44,531 nt of DNA from a virus. Its lineage: Duplodnaviria; Heunggongvirae; Uroviricota; Caudoviricetes. Positions 24,986 through 33,077 of this stretch are shown one piece after another (positions within the stretch are counted from its first letter, which is position 1; every line of letters begins with the position of its first letter). The position numbers and the translations under genes are program-made. The notes beneath the pieces are model-generated. The model was not told the DNA's origin. It was given only the letters and a program-made list of their open reading frames with translations, and ran no database searches. The stretch lies in IMG/VR virus record IMGVR_UViG_3300034980_000290; one strand, 5' to 3'.

Positions 24986-26964
24986 AGTTCGGGGAACTAC
25001 AGCTCACACACTATCGCTCATACCAGAGCTTGACCATTGACCTGTCCCAGCGGCAGGTCGTTGGCATTTTGGGGCGCACTGGGAGCGGCAAGTCCACGAT
25101 CATTGAGGCCATCAGGTACATCCTCTACGGCAAGGTCAGGGACAAGAATGAAGATGCTGTGATCCAGGACGGTGCAGAGGACATGGCCTGCGCCCTGACC
25201 TTCTGGCACAAGGGCCACAAGGCCAAGATTGAGCGCAAGAAGAACAGGGGTGCCACCACCCGGCTCAAGTTCTGGGTGGATGATGAGTTGCAGAACACCC
25301 ACGGTGGTGTGCGGGCAGCCAATGCCATCGTCCAAGAGTGGCTGGGCATTGATGATGACATCTTCTGTGCCGTGGCTTTTTTCCGGCAGGGCAAGGGCGA
25401 TGAGTTCATGTCTGCGACCCCCGCCAACCGGCGGCGGTACCTTGCCACCCTAATCGTAAATGATCAGCTTGGTATCGCTGCCGAGGCTGCACGCGAACGC
25501 GCAAGGCAAGCCATGGCAGCAGTGCAGCAGGCCCAGGGCGAGATGGCCGCTTACCAAGGCCAGCTTGGTGACACAGACATTGAGGAACTACGGGTTGAAG
25601 TCACCGGACTTGGGCTGACCCTGGAAACACTGACCGAACAACTGGCGGCAGCCAAGGCTCAGTGCGAGGAGTACAGGCAAGCGCGTGTTCTGTTGCAGCA
25701 TGCAAATGACTTGCAGACTGAACATGACGAATTCGTTCGCTTGCGTAAGCGGTACGTCCAGGGTGGCGATAGAGCACGCCAAGAACTTGAGTGCCTGGAT
25801 CATCAGTTCCAAACCTTGGCCGAGCAGTATGCTGTCTGGGAAGAGCAAATGAAGCTCTTTGAGCGCGATGCCCAGGCAGACCCCTTGGACTATGATGCTA
25901 TCCGTGATGAGGTCGCCAAGTCCAACGGCGCCATTGTGGCAGCTATGCTGGACTTGAGGAAACTGGAGGCTCTTGAGCCCCAGTGCCCCACCTGTCACCA
26001 ATCAATCAGCCAGCAGGTCAAGGGCGAGCTGGTGCAGCCAGCAGAAGACCTGGTGGCTCACGTGCAGGCAGAAGGGATGCGGCTTGGTGATCTATTCAAG
26101 CGTGCACAGGATCACAAGGCATGTCTTGACTCATTGGCAGAGCATCGTGGCCAACGCATCATCATGCCACAGGATACCCGGCCACTCCTGAGGGACACCT
26201 TGTCGGCAGCCCGCGACCAAGCAGGGGCGGCCCATGTACGCATTGAAAACTTGGCTGAACGGCTGGCCAAGGTGGATGTTGAGGTTACTCAGCAGCAGAT
26301 TGACCTTGCCAATGGGCTGGTCGCAACCATTGAAGGCAAGATTCGGACCGCCGAGGCCCAACGAACTGAGGCCAATACTCGTATTGATACGTGGCAACGT
26401 GTTGAATCGCTCTACACACAGGCTCAGGCTACCGTGGCAACACGTGGGCGAGAGCTGGATGTGGCCAAGGAGGTAGTCAAGGCGTTCGCTACCAAGATCC
26501 CTGCGATGGTGATTGAGAATGTGCTCGGCACAATCATGGGGTACGCCAATCAACTCCTGGCTCAGTTTGGTACTGACTTCCAGGTGGTGTTCAGCACCAC
26601 CGGTTACACGCAGACAGGCGAGGAACGTGAAACCCTCAGCGTGATTATCAGGAAGCCGGACGGAAGTGAGCGGGACTACGAGAGTTTCAGCGGGGGCCAG
26701 AAGGCCATCATCAACTTCAGCGTGAGGTTGGCGTTGGCCCACATGATGGCAGCCCGCAACGGCATTCAACTGAGAAGCATCTTTTTGGATGAGGTGTTCA
26801 GCGAGCTTGACCAAGAGAGCTTGCAGGTGATGCTGAATGTCGTCGGAGTGCTGCGTACCATGTTTGATCAGATCTTCATGGTCACACACATCGAAGCCCT
26901 GAAGGATCACTTCCCGGACACCATCCAGGTAACGATGGCCAACGAGATGAGCACCACAGCATGA
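24982..26964 (+). CDS. sbcC: SbcC/Rad50-like ATPase
   Basis: Walker A GRTGSGKST, Q-loop FFRQG, zinc hook CPTC, signature FSGGQ, Walker B/D-loop FLDEVFSELD, VTH. Confidence 0.92.
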   Translation: MKFGELQLTHYRSYQSLTIDLSQRQVVGILGRTGSGKSTIIEAIRYILYGKVRDKNEDAVIQDGAEDMACALTFWHKGHKAKIERKKNRGATTRLKFWVDDELQNTHGGVRAANAIVQEWLGIDDDIFCAVAFFRQGKGDEFMSATPANRRRYLATLIVNDQLGIAAEAARERARQAMAAVQQAQGEMAAYQGQLGDTDIEELRVEVTGLGLTLETLTEQLAAAKAQCEEYRQARVLLQHANDLQTEHDEFVRLRKRYVQGGDRARQELECLDHQFQTLAEQYAVWEEQMKLFERDAQADPLDYDAIRDEVAKSNGAIVAAMLDLRKLEALEPQCPTCHQSISQQVKGELVQPAEDLVAHVQAEGMRLGDLFKRAQDHKACLDSLAEHRGQRIIMPQDTRPLLRDTLSAARDQAGAAHVRIENLAERLAKVDVEVTQQQIDLANGLVATIEGKIRTAEAQRTEANTRIDTWQRVESLYTQAQATVATRGRELDVAKEVVKAFATKIPAMVIENVLGTIMGYANQLLAQFGTDFQVVFSTTGYTQTGEERETLSVIIRKPDGSERDYESFSGGQKAIINFSVRLALAHMMAARNGIQLRSIFLDEVFSELDQESLQVMLNVVGVLRTMFDQIFMVTHIEALKDHFPDTIQVTMANEMSTTA

Positions 26965-27401
26965 CCAACGAACAGCCAGCACCCGCCTCCAAGGACGCAC
27001 CCCCGGCTCCGGCCAAAGCACCAGAGGCGCAGCCTGTGGCCACGCCAGCAGCAGCCCCGGCCAAGGCCACTGTCCCTGAGTATAAGCCGACCGAGCAGGG
27101 GCAGGATAAGCTCAAGGAACTTTTGGCCAAGCGCGAGGAGTACACCGAGGCCCTGGCCACTCTTGAAACGATGATCATGCAGTTGCGCTACGGTTTGGCC
27201 ATGAGCGCAGGCGGCCCGACCCCAACGGAGCAGTGCAATGGCTTCGGGATCGGTTTCGATATGAGCGACTACGCATGTCGCGAACTGTGCAAGAAGGACT
27301 TGCACGCTGCTTGCAAGACCATCGTGCTGGCCAAGCAGGACGAAGCCGCCAAAGAGAAAGAACGCAGGGTGGCTGGTAACATCGCACCCTGGAGTGACTA
27401 A
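26961..27401 (+). CDS. Hypothetical protein with Cys cluster
   Basis: PA-rich N-terminus, coiled coil, CNGFG...ACRELC...AC. Confidence 0.65.
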   Translation: MTNEQPAPASKDAPPAPAKAPEAQPVATPAAAPAKATVPEYKPTEQGQDKLKELLAKREEYTEALATLETMIMQLRYGLAMSAGGPTPTEQCNGFGIGFDMSDYACRELCKKDLHAACKTIVLAKQDEAAKEKERRVAGNIAPWSD

Positions 27402-27404
27402 GCC

Positions 27405-27587
27405 ATGAGCACACCACACCAGCGAAGCAAAAAGGGTCAGGGGAATACCACCCCGTTCACCCCGGCTGACGGCAGCAAGCCAAAGAAGCCGAAGGCCCCG
27501 CCCAACCCTCGCAAGAAGCGCCAGGACGGCTTCGACATCGGTACCTTCGACCCTTCAACGGGAACGAAGGACCCGAAGAAGAAGTAG
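27405..27587 (+). CDS. Small basic hypothetical protein
   Basis: 60-aa Lys/Pro-rich ORF. Confidence 0.6.
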   Translation: MSTPHQRSKKGQGNTTPFTPADGSKPKKPKAPPNPRKKRQDGFDIGTFDPSTGTKDPKKK

Positions 27588-27590
27588 CCG

Positions 27591-28679
27591 TTGCCTGATG
27601 AGGTCATTGATCTCTTTCAGCGGTTCAAAGCAGGCGATGACGCAGCCTATTGGGGCTTCGTTCTTCATGCCCGGGTGCAACGGGTCCTACAGTATCAGCG
27701 GGGTATTACACGCTCACGGTACAAGCTCAGCGCTGGGGAGACAGAAGACTTTGAGCATGAGCTGATACTGAACTTGCGTCGACGCCTTCAAGGCTATCAG
27801 GTTGATGTAAACAAGGACGAAGTCCACCAAGCCAACGGTCTCTTCAGGTACATGCAGCTCGCCCTACTTGGCGAGTCAGATAAAGCCGCGCGATACGTCA
27901 AAGGGATGATGACCCGTGACGAGCGCGGCTACGCTTCTATCAAGGGGTTCAAGCTCTCAATAGACCATGAGGGTGATGGGGGTGAAGGCGACGCTGAAGG
28001 TGACTTCAGCATGGCCGCACACAAGGCACCCCCACCAGACCCAGCCGAGGGTGACCAAGCAGCAGCAGTTCGCCGCCTCATGTTCAACTACTTGATGCGG
28101 AATGACCAGGAGTGTTTGTACCGCGCCGTCGTATTACACTACGACAAGGGGCTGTCTTGGAACGATGTGGCCCGGCAGCTCAACCTTCGCACCACAGAGA
28201 AGCAAGCCTACGCCCGGCAGGCCGCACGCCTGATCGCGTTGGTGCGAGCCTTTCTGTTCAGCCAAACTGGTATGAAAGTGGAAGTCACAATCATGGGTGT
28301 GCACACAACGGAGTCGAATGTCTCCATGTGCATGCTCTTCAACGACAACACCGAACAAATGTGGGCGTTTGACTATGTCACACAGGATGACCTGAACACG
28401 GTTGAGGGCAAGGTGAGTGACTGGCTGCGCCAGTACGACATCACATTTGTGGTGATGAATTCACAAGAGACCAACAACCATGCTGATGTACTCATTGAGC
28501 GCATCTTGCATCGCCGCAGCATCTTGTACGAGCGCATCGACCTGATTGATCTCATCCCCAAGCTGCCGGGTGGCTACGAGAAGCTGAAGCGCAAGCGCCC
28601 GTGGGATGACAATGAGTGTGGTGCATGGGTGGTGGCGCGGGCAAAGAAGGCAGAGCTTGAGATTGCACGCAGAGCGTAA
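27591..28679 (+). CDS. ECF-like sigma factor fused to a C-terminal RuvC/YqgF-like domain
   Basis: Region 2 (FKAGDDAAYW, ETEDFEHEL), region 4 (RAVVLHYDKGLSWNDVARQLNL), C-terminal IMGVH...FVVMN...DDNECGAWVVA. Confidence 0.6.
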   Translation: MPDEVIDLFQRFKAGDDAAYWGFVLHARVQRVLQYQRGITRSRYKLSAGETEDFEHELILNLRRRLQGYQVDVNKDEVHQANGLFRYMQLALLGESDKAARYVKGMMTRDERGYASIKGFKLSIDHEGDGGEGDAEGDFSMAAHKAPPPDPAEGDQAAAVRRLMFNYLMRNDQECLYRAVVLHYDKGLSWNDVARQLNLRTTEKQAYARQAARLIALVRAFLFSQTGMKVEVTIMGVHTTESNVSMCMLFNDNTEQMWAFDYVTQDDLNTVEGKVSDWLRQYDITFVVMNSQETNNHADVLIERILHRRSILYERIDLIDLIPKLPGGYEKLKRKRPWDDNECGAWVVARAKKAELEIARRA

Positions 28680-28686
28680 GTTCTGC

Positions 28687-28704
28687 TGCCCGGTGGTGGT
28701 ATAA
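28687..28704 (+). promoter_or_regulatory. Putative promoter motif TGCC-N8-GTATAA
   Basis: Shared intergenic motif preceding the accessory/glycosyltransferase block. Confidence 0.5.
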
Positions 28705-28728
28705 CGGGCATGGCCAGGGGTGCCACGC

Positions 28729-29370
28729 ATGCCAAAGACCATTGAAATAGCAGCGCACACTATGAGGTCAGCGGGCGCATTCAGCTCGCTGTCAAAGTAC
28801 GCACGCCACCAAAAGGCGGAGCGTAACGCTGGACGCGACACTGCGGACATCATCGTATTCGCGGAGCACAACCACTTTCCCAGCGTTGAGCAGCAGGCCA
28901 AGATCAGGGCCACTGCGGGGCACCATGGGTTCGACGCCTGGACGGGCACCCACCTCAAGGTCTACTGGGACTGGCACGAGCTGCACGTGATTGTGATTGG
29001 CGTGTTCCTGCCAGAGAACGTCCCGCTGGGCAACTCCGACATCAACTCCCTGCGTTGCCTCTCAGCGTGGGCGCACGACCAGGGTGGGGCAGTCATCGGG
29101 CTGAACGTGCACATTGAGAGTGATGCTTACAACAAGAGCATCGTGCAGTACCTTGATGCGTTTGCGTACTCACAGGATTACGCCCAAGACGCTGAGGCAA
29201 TGGCCAAGCTGAACGAGGTGTGCGCCATGGCCGAACCCCCACTGCCCCTGATCAAGTGCAACAACTGCTATTATCACAAGACCTTGGACCCGGCGCACAC
29301 ATGGCAGATTCCGGACCACATTGATGACCCGCGTAAGTTTGTCACAGAACTACGGAAGGGAAGGGCTTAG
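28729..29370 (+). CDS. Degenerate PHP-family phosphoesterase-like protein
   Basis: AAHTMRSAG, VFAEHNH, HVIVIG, GGAVI, LDAF and NNCYYH follow PHP motif order with several ligands changed. Confidence 0.5.
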   Translation: MPKTIEIAAHTMRSAGAFSSLSKYARHQKAERNAGRDTADIIVFAEHNHFPSVEQQAKIRATAGHHGFDAWTGTHLKVYWDWHELHVIVIGVFLPENVPLGNSDINSLRCLSAWAHDQGGAVIGLNVHIESDAYNKSIVQYLDAFAYSQDYAQDAEAMAKLNEVCAMAEPPLPLIKCNNCYYHKTLDPAHTWQIPDHIDDPRKFVTELRKGRA

Positions 29371-29412
29371 AGGTTGGTGCCCCTTCCGGCGAAACACAAT
29401 GACTCCGGCAAC

Positions 29413-29446
29413 TGCCCGCGAAGAGCTGAAGGAGGAGAAGTGATGG
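29413..29446 (+). repeat. Direct repeat copy 1 (34 nt, 32/34 identical to 29730-29763)
   Basis: TGCCCGCGAAG-AGC-TGAAGGAGGAGAAGTGATGG. Confidence 0.9.
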
Positions 29447-29760
29447 AACGCATGACATCTGAGGAGGCGTACCGGGAGTACCGCAACCGCAAAGCAGCCC
29501 GCCACTACTTCTGGAGAAAGCTGGAAGTATACGACGCTGACGAGGTAGACCGTGAGATCAAGCGGCTGCGGGAGGCGTTCCAACGGGAGCGCGACGAGAA
29601 GGAGGCGTGTGTACGGCACAGCGAGAAGACTATCGAGCGGCTGCGGGAGGCGCTCAAGGACATCGCTGACGGGAGACTTGACGACATTCCCGCGACCCAG
29701 GCAGGTTTCGTAACATCGCTCCAGCGGGTTGCCCGCGAAGCACTGAAGGAGGAGAAGTGA
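29443..29760 (+). CDS. Modular coiled-coil phage protein (ExxRLREA repeats)
   Basis: GGAGG RBS; internal 17-nt exact repeat at 29561-29577 and 29636-29652. Confidence 0.75.
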   Translation: MERMTSEEAYREYRNRKAARHYFWRKLEVYDADEVDREIKRLREAFQRERDEKEACVRHSEKTIERLREALKDIADGRLDDIPATQAGFVTSLQRVAREALKEEK

Positions 29761-29763
29761 TGG
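29730..29763 (+). repeat. Direct repeat copy 2
   Basis: TGCCCGCGAAG-CAC-TGAAGGAGGAGAAGTGATGG. Confidence 0.9.
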
Positions 29764-30317
29764 TCAGGTTTGCTGCCTTCGTCGTGCTACCGATTACGTT
29801 CGCCGTCGCATGGTTGCTTGCAGTGACGGCGGCGTTCACGCCCGACTCCATCGAGGCCCCGGTTGAGCGTATCGTCGAGGTGCCCGTCGAGAAGGTCGTC
29901 TATGTCCAGGTGCCCGTCGAGGTCGAGAAGATCATCGAGGTGCCGTTCACGATCCCAGTCGAAGTACCTCGGCTCTCGGCACGAGGTGATCGCCTCCTTC
30001 CGCAGAGCCGCTCACGGGTCATGAGTCTGATGGGCGAACTCGAAGCTCGCCGTCGCCTCTTTTTGCGCGGTGAGTCCGACCTCGATGCCCTTGCTGATTC
30101 TGACCTATCCAGGTCCGAACGATCCAAGTCCCTTTACCAATCATTACTCGTCGAGTGCGACGGTGATGAGGGTAAACTCGCTGGTCTGCTTCTCGCCGTT
30201 GAAGAACGATACGCGGAGCGGATCAATAAGTGGCACCAAGGTGTGGCCCCAGCTCCTGGATGCTGTGGTAATGACTTTGATGCCGTTGTCTACGACCTAC
30301 TACTGAGGAAGCCATGA
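29760..30317 (+). CDS. Membrane-anchored protein with VEVPVEK repeats
   Basis: N-terminal TM or signal segment, then VERIVEVPVEKVVYVQVPVEVEKIIEVP. Confidence 0.7.
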   Translation: MVRFAAFVVLPITFAVAWLLAVTAAFTPDSIEAPVERIVEVPVEKVVYVQVPVEVEKIIEVPFTIPVEVPRLSARGDRLLPQSRSRVMSLMGELEARRRLFLRGESDLDALADSDLSRSERSKSLYQSLLVECDGDEGKLAGLLLAVEERYAERINKWHQGVAPAPGCCGNDFDAVVYDLLLRKP

Positions 30318-30691
30318 GAACCATTGCCGTATTGACTTTGCTCGCCGCGTCCGTCACCGCCCAGACCACCACGCTCAGTGGGAATGGGCAGCAGTCCGGT
30401 CCCGGTGGAACCCTCACGACCGTAGCGGTGGCGATCACCTTCCACGAGAACCCATCGACCGCAACAGCCCCGAGCAGCGTGTCGGTGATCGTGAACGTGG
30501 GTGGCTGCTCTGCGGCTGTCAGCATCCCGCTCACAAGATCCCGCAACGGCATCCGATACTACAAGGGCCGCGTCGAGGCTTGTGGCATGACCTTTGACGT
30601 GTCGGCCTTGCTCGGCCACGATCAAGGCCCCATCTCTACTGTGACCTGGGGCAACGGTGGGAGTCTCGCTGGACAGGCGGTGGTCAACTAA
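30314..30691 (+). CDS. Small secreted beta-rich protein
   Basis: Signal peptide MRTIAVLTLLAASVTAQ; two Cys. Confidence 0.65.
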   Translation: MRTIAVLTLLAASVTAQTTTLSGNGQQSGPGGTLTTVAVAITFHENPSTATAPSSVSVIVNVGGCSAAVSIPLTRSRNGIRYYKGRVEACGMTFDVSALLGHDQGPISTVTWGNGGSLAGQAVVN

Positions 30692-30718
30692 CGCCTGCGA
30701 ACGGGGGATCGGACTCGA

Positions 30719-31549
30719 ATGAGCATGCACCAACGAGGAGCACGCGAACATGACAGCATCGGGAAACTCTTCGACTACGTCGGGCACCTTGCCAAAGAGC
30801 GTGTTGAGATCAGCTTTGCAACGGGTCAGGACTTTGCTTACGACCCGCCGTGCCGCGTCATCATCTCCCCCACCCTCTTCAAAACGGACAGTTGCCAGTC
30901 TTCTGGAAAGTGCTGCAAGGTCCCATTCGACCTCGCATACACCAGTGAAGGCAAGGCCCGGCTTCAGGCCGCCGTTGGTAGATCAGATGCGCAAGGCTGC
31001 TTGGATAGGATCCGACCAGTGTCGTGTCTTATCAACGGGCGTGACGTGCCAGTATGGGTCCACTTCAACGACAAGAAGGCTCGCTACACCGACGCCAAGA
31101 CCTGCGACTTCCTTGAGAACCCACAGGACGGCCCGTTTGCCGGGAAGTTTATCTGTGGGCTCCATGGGGGTTACAATCGCCCTTGTGATAGTGCTCAGCC
31201 TTTCCATTGCATCGCTCCTCACTTCGTTGTACGGCGTAGAGGCGAAGCTCCATCAGTTACAGCGTTCATTGGACGAATGCAGTTCGGACGTAACTGGCGC
31301 TTCGGATGCCCTGTGGTCTTTGAAGAAGGAATGGCGTACTTCGACAAGGACTACCAACAAGACATCGACAAGCTCAAAATGATGCAGGGCTTGGCGAGTG
31401 ACATGGGGATCAAGACTTGGGTCCCCGAAATGTTGGACTGGATGGAAACCAACCGCTCGTATATTGAGACGATGATCCAGTCCGGCAGACTGCACCCTAT
31501 TGACATCACGGAGATCCACAGTGGCCAAGAAGACGCAAGACTCTGGTAA
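30719..31549 (+). CDS. Cys-cluster protein (YkgJ/CxxCxxCC-like, Zn or Fe-S binding)
   Basis: CQSSGKCC, CDFL, CGLH and PFHC. Confidence 0.5.
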   Translation: MSMHQRGAREHDSIGKLFDYVGHLAKERVEISFATGQDFAYDPPCRVIISPTLFKTDSCQSSGKCCKVPFDLAYTSEGKARLQAAVGRSDAQGCLDRIRPVSCLINGRDVPVWVHFNDKKARYTDAKTCDFLENPQDGPFAGKFICGLHGGYNRPCDSAQPFHCIAPHFVVRRRGEAPSVTAFIGRMQFGRNWRFGCPVVFEEGMAYFDKDYQQDIDKLKMMQGLASDMGIKTWVPEMLDWMETNRSYIETMIQSGRLHPIDITEIHSGQEDARLW

Positions 31550-31760
31550 GAAGCCAGAGCAGACGGAAGCACAGGCGGCGGAGGCCAAGAAGGTCCAGGT
31601 GTGTGGTGCCTTGGTGCCGCACATGGAGGGCATTCTGGGCAACGAGCATCCCCACCTGGGCATCCAGGGCAAGGCGTTCGGCGATGACCAGGTCGGCTTT
31701 GACAACTGGGTCGCCGCCGTCACGTCCGAGTTCTATGACAGGGTCTACGGTGGCGCGTAG
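31521..31760 (+). CDS. Hypothetical protein
   Basis: GTG start with GGAG RBS; 79 aa. Confidence 0.6.
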   Translation: MAKKTQDSGKKPEQTEAQAAEAKKVQVCGALVPHMEGILGNEHPHLGIQGKAFGDDQVGFDNWVAAVTSEFYDRVYGGA

Positions 31761-32721
31761 TCTCAAGCTGGCATTCGTCTTCCCTTGGCCGAGGGAAAAG
31801 ACCGTGGTGTCCCACCCCGAGCAGTTCTGCTCAGGTGGGTGCTGGTCGCTCATCCATGCTCTGCGTCTGCTTGGTCACCAGGTCTCGCCGGTCAACATGT
31901 ATGACGACAACAACGAGGTCAACGACCCCAAGGCCGCTGAGCAACTCCGCCACCTCCCTGAGCTAACCGAGTTGGATGCCGTGCTGGTGTTTGACACGGG
32001 CAGGGCCAAGATCAACTGGCATTCGGTGTCGGGCAGGGAAGACCTGCCCATCATCTATCACGCCGGTGATGATCCCATGCGGCACGACGCCAACACGGAT
32101 GCTATCGCCAGCGGTCATTTCGATGCCGTGCTCTGTGCGCAGCGCCCCTTCGTAGAGAAGTACGCCATGATGGAGGGCATTCAGGGGGCTGAGTGGATGC
32201 CCTACCACCATGACGGACTGCTGCACTTCCCCGAGCCGCTCATCAAGGACGAGCATCAGGTGGTGCACTCAGGCAAGGTGTACGGTCTGCGTGAACCTAT
32301 GCTGGAGGCGTTTATCGTCGCCGGGTTGCGCGTACATTGTACCAGCCAGTGGGGGCACGCCTACCGAGCTTCGCTATGCAGCGCCACCGTGGGGTGGCAT
32401 CAGGCATGGTGCGCAGAGGTGGGCTACCGCCACTTTGAATGGCCAGCGATGGGCAAGCTGCTCATCTGCGATGGACTGGAAGAGGAGTACGGGCTGAATG
32501 AACTATACCCCGACGGTACCATCGTCACGTATAGTGGGGCGAGCGACGAGGATAAGATTGGTGACGCCACCAGCAAGATCCTTCACTACGCCAACCCGGC
32601 CAACAAAGCCGAGCGAGATGCTATCGCCGCTCGGGGCCGTGATCATTCTCTGCTCCACCATGGCCCCCTCGCACGGGCCAAACAGCTCGTCGACTTCACA
32701 ATCCGTAACTTCGGATCATAA
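31750..32721 (+). CDS. Glycosyltransferase, GT-B fold, CgeB/Glyco_trans_1_2-like
   Basis: C-terminal YRASL...YRHFEWPAMGKLLICD...AERDAIAARG...HH...RAKQL pattern. Confidence 0.75.
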   Translation: MARSLKLAFVFPWPREKTVVSHPEQFCSGGCWSLIHALRLLGHQVSPVNMYDDNNEVNDPKAAEQLRHLPELTELDAVLVFDTGRAKINWHSVSGREDLPIIYHAGDDPMRHDANTDAIASGHFDAVLCAQRPFVEKYAMMEGIQGAEWMPYHHDGLLHFPEPLIKDEHQVVHSGKVYGLREPMLEAFIVAGLRVHCTSQWGHAYRASLCSATVGWHQAWCAEVGYRHFEWPAMGKLLICDGLEEEYGLNELYPDGTIVTYSGASDEDKIGDATSKILHYANPANKAERDAIAARGRDHSLLHHGPLARAKQLVDFTIRNFGS

Positions 32722-32722
32722 T
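32695..32722 (+). promoter_or_regulatory. Sigma70-like promoter for the RNA locus
   Basis: TTCACA-N16-CATAAT; the spacer ATCCGTAACTTCGGAT is itself an inverted repeat. Confidence 0.45.
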
Positions 32723-32728
32723 CAAGCT

Positions 32729-32999
32729 CTTGCTGGCACTTTCAGGGTGAAGCTGCTGGCTGTCGCGGCGATTGCCGGGCGTCATCAGTGGGGAATAGCA
32801 AAGCCAATCAAATCGCGTACCCTGCGTCGTGGTGACTGCGACGTAAACCAAGTCACTCCAGATTCTGAGCACAGTGCATATGTCGATCGAGACCAGTGGC
32901 AAGGCCCGCGCTGCCCGGTTCATGCCGGGCCGGGGTGAGCCCGGCGAGGTAAATGCGCCTGGAGCGCCGCCCCCGTTGCACTGGCGGGGGCATCCTCAC
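32729..32999 (+). ncRNA. Candidate structured non-coding RNA(s): H-type pseudoknot plus four-way-junction domain
   Basis: About 270 nt gap with no credible CDS; pseudoknot at 32825-32856; multibranch domain at 32893-32984. Confidence 0.55.
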
Positions 33000-33077
33000 G
33001 ACCCCGTAGCTCAGTTGGTAGAGCACCAGGATGCTAACGCGCCTGGAGGTCCCTGGTTCAAGTCCAGGCGGCGGTCA
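33000..33077 (+). tRNA. tRNA-like gene with 11-nt anticodon loop and bulged acceptor stem; isotype unassignable
   Basis: GACCCCG-TA-GCTC AGTTGGTA GAGC-A-CCAGG ATGCTAACGCG CCTGG-AGGTC-CCTGG TTCAAGT CCAGG-CGGCGGTC-A; no encoded CCA. Confidence 0.8.

Noticed and set aside
29860-29970. CRISPR-like or tandem DNA repeats (AGGTGCCCGTCGAG twice)
   Set aside because: They encode in-frame VEVPVE peptide repeats; no spacers and no cas genes.
32905-32990. Twister ribozyme or cobalamin riboswitch (CTGCC...AGCCCGG...TGGAG; GCCCCCG..ACTG)
   Set aside because: Only scattered words match; the twister UAA cleavage loop and T1 pairing, and the B12-box spacing, are missing.
33031-33041. Amber-suppressor (CUA) tRNA and TAG recoding
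   Set aside because: CTA is off-centre and not preceded by U33; TAG-terminated genes end at natural domain boundaries, so there is no sign of readthrough.
33000-33077. tRNA as prophage attachment site
   Set aside because: No integrase, no duplicated tRNA 3' end and no host-like genes on either side.
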